A stretch of 64,000 nt of DNA, from the NCBI GenBank assembly GCA_964454335.1, contig CAYVVT010000001.1, forward strand, positions 432,083 through 496,082, in the 5' to 3' direction. Source of the DNA: an uncultured Lentisphaeria bacterium (lineage in GTDB: Bacteria > Fidelibacterota > UBA8477 > JABMPR01). Below, in pieces: positions 10,178 to 17,842 of this stretch. The number at the start of each line of letters is the position of its first letter. Positions within the stretch are counted from its first letter, which is position 1. The notes under the pieces are model-generated. The model ran no database searches, was not told where the DNA came from, and saw only the letters and a list, made by a program, of their open reading frames with translations. A program made the position numbers and the translations under genes.

Positions 10178-10590
10178 ATCCAGTTTCAAATTTCAAACGT
10201 CGGGTTGACGAACGTGGAGTGGTCGGCAATCCATACACGTCAGTAAAACCACGACCCGTCTCATCCCTTCTTTTTGAGGGATCAAAAAGAAGCACCCGCC
10301 TTCGCTTGCAGCTCCGGCGTGGCACGAAAAATCCTCCATTTCAGTTTTACCAGGGAAGCATCTGGGGCTGTTAATCAGCTTTGTTGCGGCAGAATTGAAA
10401 CTCGCTCGTTTCACTCCCTCAGACAACAATTCTGCTGCTTGCTCCCTTCGCTGATACAGCCATCCATCTGCTTCCCAAGGAGGTATTCGATGTTGAGTGC
10501 CAGGGCGCTAAGACGAGTGTAGCCCTCAGTCATTGCGAGGAGGGCAGAACTCACGGTTGGAGTTCTGAATGACGTGGCAATCTCCTCAGC
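10178..10590. repeat. Structured intergenic repeat unit, copy R1.
   Basis: It shares the head motif (cagtttcaaatttcaaac), the hairpin cttctttttg...caaaaagaag, the core ...cagggaagcatctggggctgttaatcagc...gcggcagaattgaaactcgctcg...cagacaacaattctgctgc...cttcccaag and the tail ...gttgagtgccagggcgctaag...cagtcattgcgag with the other copies. Confidence 0.8.
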
Positions 10591-10778
10591 AAACCTCGCG
10601 TATGTTGGTTAGTCCAGAAACCCGTCAAACCACCGGACAAGCATCGTTAATTCACCCTCGTTTGCTCATCAGTAGCTGTAATGCTAACTTATAGGCGTTC
10701 CCACTGGAGCTTCCTGCTGTAACCATTCTCACTCATTCTCAAAGCTGTACGATGACAAAGCATTGCAGGGGGATTGAT

Positions 10779-11819
10779 ATGTTCGATCTATCGAGACGCA
10801 AGTTCATCAAGTCCGGCTTCTATGCCGTCATGGGTAGTATGCTGTCGGTTTTCAGTTCGACGGGCTGCAGTATGCTGGGGAAGGGGAGGAAAGACTTCGT
10901 ACCCGGTTACCTGGAATTGCACAGCAGCGGGGAGCTAAAGAAGCGGGGCGATATGCTCTGGGAGATGATGGAGACCTGTGAGCTGTGTCCGCGACTCTGC
11001 GGGGTGAACAAGCTCAAGGGCGAAAAGGGATTCTGTGAGGCCAACGATAAACTGGAGATCACGGCCCATCATCCCCACTTTGGGGAAGAGCGGCCGTTGG
11101 TGGGTGTCGGTGGCAGCGGGACGATCTTCCTGACGAACTGCGGTCTACGCTGCGTCTTCTGCATCAACTGGGAGATCAGCCAGGGTGGTGTCGGCATGAA
11201 GGAGAGCCTCGAGAGATGCGCCGATATGATGCTGGAACTCCAGGACCGGGGTTGTCCCAACATCAATTTCGTCACACCCACGCACTATTCAGCGCATATC
11301 GTCAAGGCCGTGGATATTGCTGCGAGCAAAGGGCTGAATGTTCCGCTGGTTTGGAATACCTGTGGCTGGGAACGGGTGGTGATCCTGCAGATCCTGGACG
11401 GGATCGTCGATATCTATCTGCCGGATTTCAAGTATTCCGATAACGAGAGTGCCATCAAGTATTCATCCGGATCGGCAAGCTATGTCGAAGATACACAGCA
11501 GGCGCTGCTGGAGATGAACCGCCAGGTGGGAGTTGCCAAACCTGGACTCTTTGGGTTGATGCAGAGGGGTCTGATGATCCGGCATCTGGTAATGCCCAAC
11601 GATGTCAGCGGGACCAAGGGCGTCATCGACTGGATCGCGGAAAATCTGCCCAAGGATACCTATTTCAATCTGATGTCCCAGTACCGGCCCATGTACAAGG
11701 CGGCTGAGTATCCCAAGATCTCCCGGAGGCTTACCCGGGAGGAGTATGCCGAGGCGGTTAGATGGGTTAAGGAGGCCGGGTTGACGAATGTGGATATCCA
11801 GGGGATGAGTTTCTTCTAG
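10779..11819 (+). CDS. Radical SAM enzyme (AmmeMemoRadiSam / PFL-activase-like) with an N-terminal twin-arginine lipoprotein-like signal.
   Basis: CELCPRLCGVNKLKGEKGFC followed by NCGLRCVFCINWEISQ (CxxxCxxC); N-terminus MFDLSRRKFIKSGFYAVMGSMLSVFSSTGCS. Confidence 0.8.
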   Translation: MFDLSRRKFIKSGFYAVMGSMLSVFSSTGCSMLGKGRKDFVPGYLELHSSGELKKRGDMLWEMMETCELCPRLCGVNKLKGEKGFCEANDKLEITAHHPHFGEERPLVGVGGSGTIFLTNCGLRCVFCINWEISQGGVGMKESLERCADMMLELQDRGCPNINFVTPTHYSAHIVKAVDIAASKGLNVPLVWNTCGWERVVILQILDGIVDIYLPDFKYSDNESAIKYSSGSASYVEDTQQALLEMNRQVGVAKPGLFGLMQRGLMIRHLVMPNDVSGTKGVIDWIAENLPKDTYFNLMSQYRPMYKAAEYPKISRRLTREEYAEAVRWVKEAGLTNVDIQGMSFF

Positions 11820-11844
11820 AGTACCGATTTTACCAAGAACACAA

Positions 11845-12294
11845 TTTTCCAATTTCAAGTTTCAAACTTTGGATTGACCAACTGGATGTGGTTGGTAATC
11901 CATATTCGATGGTTCGCTGAGGAATTGGGATCCTTCTTCTTTTTGACGCGCCAAAAAGAAACAAAAAGCGTTTTTTTCTCACCTAACCAGGGAAGCATCT
12001 GGGGCTGTTATGCAGCTTAGTCGCGGCAGAATTGAAACTCGCTCGTTTCACTCCCTCAGACAACAATTCTGCTGCTCGCTCCCTTCGCTGATACAGCCAT
12101 CCATCTACTTCCCATGCGGGTATTCGATGTTGAGTGCCAGGGCGCTAAGGTGAGTGTAGCCCTCAGTCATTGCGAGCGCAGCGTGGCAATCTCGCCAGCG
12201 GACGACTTTGACACTTTGCGTTACGAGCAATGATCATCTGCCCAGGTCTGATCTCCAATTAACTCCAGCTCAACACAGTTCGATCAAATCCCGG
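11845..12294. repeat. Structured intergenic repeat unit, copy R2 (a full unit of about 450 bp, in tandem with R3).
   Basis: Over 85% identical to R1, R3 and R5 across head, hairpins, core and tail. Confidence 0.85.
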
Positions 12295-12295
12295 G

Positions 12296-12645
12296 ATTTC
12301 AAATTTCCAGTTTCTAGTTTCGAACTTTGGTTTGACTAACGTGGTATGCTTTGCAGCCCATATTCGATGGTTCGCTGAGGGATTGGGTTCCTTCTTCTTT
12401 TTGACGCGCCAAAAAGAAGCAAAAAGCGCTTTTTCTCACCTAACCAGGGAAGCATCTGGGGCTGTTAATCAGCTTAGTCGCGGCAGAATTGAAACTCGCT
12501 CGTTTCACTCCCTCAGACAACAATTCTGCTGCTCGCTCCCTTCGCTGATACAGCCATCCATCTGCTTCCCAAGCAGGCATTCGTTGTTGAGTGCCAGGGC
12601 ACTAAGACGAGTGTATCTCTCGGTCATTGTAATGCGGCCATAAAT
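12296..12645. repeat. Structured intergenic repeat unit, copy R3 (tandem, with a truncated tail).
   Basis: Near-identical to the R2 core; directly abuts R2. Confidence 0.85.
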
Positions 12646-12923
12646 GCCAGCGGCATATATGGCCAACGAAGCAACCCTCTCCGAATAGAGCTGTTCTATG
12701 GCAATGTTTTAAAAGATCCGACCCGGGAACTGCCATACTTAATGATCGGCCCCTACGCGAACACATCGATCAGACCAAACAAATTTCAATTTCACACATC
12801 CTCATTCTGGAATCCCCTCCCGCCTGCTGCAGGATCCAATCTTCTCCTAAAATCACGTTTTTCCCCAGCCCCCATGCTCTAACTTATTCTAAAGTATTCA
12901 ACTCATTGGTATCGGGGGATAGT

Positions 12924-15900
12924 GTGAAAAAATCCAGACGGTCATTTCCGGTTTCAACGATTTCATTGTCGGCAATTTCAGTGATTTTCCTGCTGGCATT
13001 CGTGACTGCAGGTCATGCGCAGCGTGTGACAGACGTGGAAGCTCTGCAAGCATTCAGTCAGGAGAAGCAGTTGGAATGGCAGGCGGCGCGAGCTGAGATC
13101 GAAGAGTACGCTCGGGCGAACAACATCCCTATCCAACAGATCCTTTTGGACGGCACTACCCTGGAGATCCAACGCCTGGTGAACGGGATCCCCATTTTCT
13201 ATATCACACATAACGCCAATGCGGCCATAACTACCCGTACAGACGAACTCTATCCCGGTGGGGATGCCGGTCTCAGTCTCAGCGGATCCGGATATGACAA
13301 GCTTGGTATCTGGGATGCGGATCAGGTGCGTTCCACACACGATGAGATGACTGGCCGGGTGACCTATGGTGACAGTGAGACCACACTGCATTATCACGCC
13401 ACCCATTGCGCCGGGACCCTCATCGCCAGTGGATCCACCGCCAGCGCCAAGGGTATGGCCTATGCTGCCGATCTCACCTCCTACGACTGGAGTTCGGACA
13501 TCTCGGAGATGTCATCCGCTGCCGCCAATGATCTGGAACTTTCAAATCACTCCTACGGCAGCAGCTCCGGTTGGGTAGGAAGTACCGCCTGGTACGGTGA
13601 TACCGGCGTGGACCAGGACGAATGCTATTACTTCGGCTTCTATAATCAGGATGCCCGGGACTATGATCATATCGCGTACCTGGCACCCTATTACCTTATT
13701 GTGAAATCCGCCGGCAACGACCGCAACGATGACGCTCCCAGCGAAGGAACAGCACACAGCCATAACGGTAGCGGTACCTATACCGACACCCATAACGACG
13801 ACGGACATGACAGCGGGTACGACACGATGCCCTTCGAGGCTGTGGCCAAGAATATTCTCACTGTGGGTGCTGTCTATGATGTCGCCAACTATACCCAGGC
13901 TTCCGATGTGACCATGTCGTCCTTCAGCAACTGGGGCCCGGCCGACGATGGCCGTATCAAGCCGGACCTGGTGGCCAACGGTATCAGCGTTTACTCCTGC
14001 CTGGAAACCGCCAACGATGCCTATGGATCTCTTTCCGGTACTTCCCAGGCCTCACCAAATGCCTGCGGAACTCTGGTCCTGCTGCAGCAGCATTATCAGA
14101 ATACCCATAGCACCAATGTGATGCGTTCAGCCACGCTGAAAGCCCTGGCGATCCACACTGCCGATGAAGCCGGGTCCAATACAGGGCCTGATTATGCCTT
14201 TGGCTGGGGATTGCTGAATGCCGAAGCGGCAGCCGACATCATCAGTGATGACGAGAATTATGGTTCCATTGCAGAATTGAACCTCTCCAGCGGCGAAAGC
14301 TATTCCCGGACCGTTACTGCCACAGGCAGCGATCCACTGAGAGTAACCGTGGTGTGGACCGATCCGCCGGGAACACCGGTATCGGCCTCACTGGATCCCA
14401 CGACGGCCATGCTGGTAAATGACCTGGACCTGCGGATCACCAAAGACGCCAGCACCTACTATCCCTGGAAGCTGGACAGGAGCAATCCAGCCAATGCCGC
14501 CACCAACAGCGCCGAGAATGACATCGATAACGTGGAGCAGGTCTATATTGCCAGTCCATCGAACGCAAGCTACACCATAGTGGTGGATCATGACGGCAGC
14601 CTTACGGGAGATTCACAGGATTTCTCCATCATAGTTTCCGGGCATTCATCCTCTTCCAGCGCCCCTGGTTGCTCTGACGGTCTTATCGGAATCAGTGACG
14701 GTGCTACCGATGTAGCAGTACAAACCGTCCTCCAATGGGAAGAGGTTGAAAGCGCCACGAGCTACGACCTCTATTTCGGTACGGACAATCCGCCCACCAG
14801 CGTGGTGAATGGTAGCAACCAGACCACGACTTCCTACAGCCCCTCACTGGCGTTGAATACGACCTATTACATCAAGATACTTCCAAAGAACACGCACGGG
14901 ACTGCCAGCGGGTGTGCGGTGTGGTCCTTCTCCGTGGGCTCAAAGATCCTGGAGGAGGATTTCGACGACTTCCTGGTGATCGGTACCGATAACAACTGGA
15001 CCAATGGCTCAGGTGACGATTTCGACTGGTCGGTGAATGTGGGCAGCACACCTTCAGGCAGTACAGGACCTTCCGGTGACCACAGCACAGGCTCCGATAC
15101 CTACCTTTTCACCGAATCCTCCGATCCCAACTATCCAGATAAGACCGCCTATCTGCTGAGTCCCAGCTTTGATCTGAGCAGCTCATCCAATCCCACCCTG
15201 GAGTTCTGGTATCACATGTACGGTTCCACCATGGGGGAACTCTATGTCGATGTCTATGCCAACAGCAGCTGGAACAACGCTGTCTGGAGCCTGACGGGCG
15301 ATCAGGGCAATTCCTGGTCTGTGGCGGTGGTGGATCTATCGGCATACAAAGCCTACTCCGATCAGCAGCTTCGGTTTCGGGCAGTGACGGACGGTTTCCG
15401 CAGTGACATGGCCGTCGATGATGTCACCGTCCGCAGTGAGGCATTCTACACCTTTACCGGCGGCAGCACATCGGCGCACACCTTCCCGAACACCGGGGCG
15501 ATCCTGCAGTTCACCTCCGCCAACAGCGGCGATGTCAACATCACGGCCATCAAGAACAATTCTGATCCCGGTGTGAACGGCTCCCTGCCCGAAGGGGTCG
15601 TAAACAGTTCGAGTGAACGTTACTGGGACCTGATCCTCAATTCCGGAAGCGCGGACGGTATTTATGCACTTACTCTGGACCTGGATGGCATGATGGGGAT
15701 CAGTGACTATTCCACCCTGAAGCTGCTCAAACGTGCCAACAGCAGCGGTGCCTGGGCAGTGGCCGGTACCAATGCCTATGCTGGATCCGGAACCTCTGTG
15801 AAATGGACGGGGATCAGCAGTGGTTTCTCCCAATTCGGCATCGGTGGGGCCAGCGATAACAGCCTGCCGGTGGTCCTGACGTCCTTCGCAGCGGAAGCAG

Positions 15901-16475
15901 TGCAGGGAGCGATCATATTGAGCTGGGTCACCGGCAGCGAGATCGAGAACCTGGGCTTCATTCTCGAACGTCGCGAATATCCTGAAGGTGCCTGGATCGA
16001 GATTGCGCATTATCAGGATCAACCGGAGTTGCGAGGGCAGGGGAGTAGCACGGCAGGGTACGCCTATTCCTTCCGTGATGCCGCGATCGTTCCAGGAAAG
16101 AGATACGACTACCGTCTAGCGGCCGTGGATTATCAGGGTAGCAGGGAGTATCAAGGGATGATTGTCACTGGTGTGACCCTGAACGCTGTCCTGCCTACGG
16201 ACTACACCCTGAAACAGAATTACCCGAATCCATTCAATCCCAGTACAGCCATCACATATGACCTGCCGGAAGATGTCAGGATAAGGATTCAGATCTTCGA
16301 TATGAACGGCCGTGAAATTGTCCTGCTTGTCGAAGGCCGGCAACCTGCAGGCTCCTATGATCTGCTCTGGAATGGCCAGGATCATTGGGGAGAATCGGTA
16401 GCACCAGGTGTCTACTTCTGCCACCTCCAAGCCGGTGATTTCTCGCAGACGATCAAGATGGTAGTGCTGAAATAG
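12924..16475 (+). CDS. Subtilisin-like serine protease (peptidase S8) with a MAM domain and a T9SS C-terminal sorting domain.
   Basis: HATHCAGT (His motif) and GTSQASPNACG (Ser motif); MAM-like block ...DDFDWSVNVGS...YLFTESS...LEFWYHMYGSTMGELYVDV; C-terminus NYPNPFNPSTAITYDL...VVLK; signal peptide after the GTG start. Confidence 0.9.
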   Translation: MKKSRRSFPVSTISLSAISVIFLLAFVTAGHAQRVTDVEALQAFSQEKQLEWQAARAEIEEYARANNIPIQQILLDGTTLEIQRLVNGIPIFYITHNANAAITTRTDELYPGGDAGLSLSGSGYDKLGIWDADQVRSTHDEMTGRVTYGDSETTLHYHATHCAGTLIASGSTASAKGMAYAADLTSYDWSSDISEMSSAAANDLELSNHSYGSSSGWVGSTAWYGDTGVDQDECYYFGFYNQDARDYDHIAYLAPYYLIVKSAGNDRNDDAPSEGTAHSHNGSGTYTDTHNDDGHDSGYDTMPFEAVAKNILTVGAVYDVANYTQASDVTMSSFSNWGPADDGRIKPDLVANGISVYSCLETANDAYGSLSGTSQASPNACGTLVLLQQHYQNTHSTNVMRSATLKALAIHTADEAGSNTGPDYAFGWGLLNAEAAADIISDDENYGSIAELNLSSGESYSRTVTATGSDPLRVTVVWTDPPGTPVSASLDPTTAMLVNDLDLRITKDASTYYPWKLDRSNPANAATNSAENDIDNVEQVYIASPSNASYTIVVDHDGSLTGDSQDFSIIVSGHSSSSSAPGCSDGLIGISDGATDVAVQTVLQWEEVESATSYDLYFGTDNPPTSVVNGSNQTTTSYSPSLALNTTYYIKILPKNTHGTASGCAVWSFSVGSKILEEDFDDFLVIGTDNNWTNGSGDDFDWSVNVGSTPSGSTGPSGDHSTGSDTYLFTESSDPNYPDKTAYLLSPSFDLSSSSNPTLEFWYHMYGSTMGELYVDVYANSSWNNAVWSLTGDQGNSWSVAVVDLSAYKAYSDQQLRFRAVTDGFRSDMAVDDVTVRSEAFYTFTGGSTSAHTFPNTGAILQFTSANSGDVNITAIKNNSDPGVNGSLPEGVVNSSSERYWDLILNSGSADGIYALTLDLDGMMGISDYSTLKLLKRANSSGAWAVAGTNAYAGSGTSVKWTGISSGFSQFGIGGASDNSLPVVLTSFAAEAVQGAIILSWVTGSEIENLGFILERREYPEGAWIEIAHYQDQPELRGQGSSTAGYAYSFRDAAIVPGKRYDYRLAAVDYQGSREYQGMIVTGVTLNAVLPTDYTLKQNYPNPFNPSTAITYDLPEDVRIRIQIFDMNGREIVLLVEGRQPAGSYDLLWNGQDHWGESVAPGVYFCHLQAGDFSQTIKMVVLK

Positions 16476-16631
16476 AGTGGAAGTACGCCAGCAAGTAAGC
16501 CAGGTTTATGTTGATCTTTAAATGATACAGAGCCAGGAATTCACATCCAGATCACCTGCGATTTGAATTCTGCTAGATAATCCCTTATCTTCCAGTTCGT
16601 TACGTTGGATTTGAGCTTCGGCAGGGTATTG

Positions 16632-17072
16632 ATGTATAACGGGCTTGGTCACCAGTCTCCCCCCGCTTCCCGGCGCTTCTCGCCGGCCTTTTCCCTCGTG
16701 GAATTGATGATCGTCATCGTGATCATGGGCATTCTCGCGGCTATCGCTATTCCCGTTTACTATGACAATGTCGACCGGGCCATTCTGGCCGAATCCGATG
16801 CAGCTATGGGTTCCATACGTAATTATCTCGTGGTCTACTATGGGACGAACGGTATGTATTCCATTCAGCTATTCGATGCCTATGTCATTGGGAAGAGCTG
16901 GAACGAGATCAAACCCGGTGAACTCAACGGGCAGTTCTTCCGGGACTCGTCCTTCTACTATTACTGCTGGGATGGGATCAATTATTTCCTCATCGCTCAG
17001 AAAGGTCAGCCGAATCCTCTCTGGCGGACGCTGGATCAGAATGGGGATTTCGAGAGTTGGCCCAACCTGTGA
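16632..17072 (+). CDS. Prepilin-type N-terminal cleavage/methylation domain protein (type IV pilin or T2SS pseudopilin-like), paralog 1.
   Basis: AFSLVELMIVIVIMGILAAIAIPVY is a class III signal and pilin helix. Confidence 0.65.
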   Translation: MYNGLGHQSPPASRRFSPAFSLVELMIVIVIMGILAAIAIPVYYDNVDRAILAESDAAMGSIRNYLVVYYGTNGMYSIQLFDAYVIGKSWNEIKPGELNGQFFRDSSFYYYCWDGINYFLIAQKGQPNPLWRTLDQNGDFESWPNL

Positions 17073-17156
17073 ACGCGATTCGCTTGACCGGCGTAGCCCA
17101 AAGGGCGTAGACGGGTGAATCGCTAATCGGTTGGACAACCTGTATTGATTATCAAC

Positions 17157-17337
17157 CCATATTCGATGTTGAGTGCCAGGGCACTAAGACTAGTTTAGCC
17201 CTCAGTCATTGCCAGCACAGCGTGGCAATCTCGCCAACGGACCACTCTGACACTTTGCATTACGAACAATGCCCACCTACCCAGGTCTGATCCAAGAATC
17301 ACTCCTGATCAACACGTTTCGATCAAAGCGCATGTTC
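17157..17337. repeat. Structured repeat, tail fragment R4.
   Basis: It matches the tail of R2 (gttgagtgccagggcactaag...gcgtggcaatctcgcca...gttcgatcaaa). Confidence 0.75.
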
Positions 17338-17675
17338 TCAAATTTCCAGTTTCAAGTTTCCAACATTGGTTTGACCAACTGGAAGTGGTTGGCAATCCAT
17401 ATTCGATGGTTCGCTGAGGAATTGGGATCCTTCTTCTTTTTGACGCGCCTAAAAGAAGCATATAGCGCTTTTTTCTCACCTAACCGGGGAAGCATCTGGG
17501 GCTGTTAATCAGCTTTGTCGCGGCAGAATTAAAACTCGCTCGGCGAAGGTCGCGCCGGAGTTAGAAGAACGAAGCCGGACGGCTCGCTCAGACAGCAATT
17601 CCGCTAGTCACTCACATCTTTGAATCATCCGTATAGATACTTCCCAAGTATGCCGCTATGTTTTGCACCAGGACG
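17338..17675. repeat. Structured repeat unit R5 (head plus core, with a roughly 35-nt insertion expanding the central hairpin).
   Basis: Head caaatttccagtttcaagtttc, hairpin ttcttctttttgacgcgcctaaaagaag, core with an inserted ggcgaaggtcgcgccggagttagaagaacgaagccgg. Confidence 0.8.
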
Positions 17676-17842
17676 TTAATACTCGTAGAGCCTGGACGGA
17701 TTTTATCCGCATTCTCAGCGCGTAGCATATAATTCAGATTCAACAGATTGAATTTGGCGTTTCTCTATGCATACCTGCTGCTATAACTTTCAAATAAGAG
17801 ACAAAAGCACTTATTCGAAAACTTCCTTGACAGGAGTCAAAC

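Noticed and set aside
10150-10180. tRNA-like T-arm sequence ggttcaaacctcc just after the ABC gene stop
   Set aside because: No acceptor, D or anticodon arms can be formed around it. It is part of the repeat-unit head region.
10274-12643. ORF-track ORFs inside the repeat units (e.g. 10274..10522, 12332..12643, 17269..17508, 31124..31558) that share peptide fragments such as FFLTRQKEAK and SLRQQFCC
   Set aside because: The similarity comes from DNA-level repeat identity. Divergent copies keep base-pairing (compensatory changes) rather than amino-acid sequence. The frames lack RBSs and are interrupted differently in each copy, so I treat the units as non-coding.
10178-12645. CRISPR array
   Set aside because: The repeat units are 250-550 bp, internally complex and separated by genes or directly abutting. 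There is no short-repeat/spacer periodicity and there are no cas genes.
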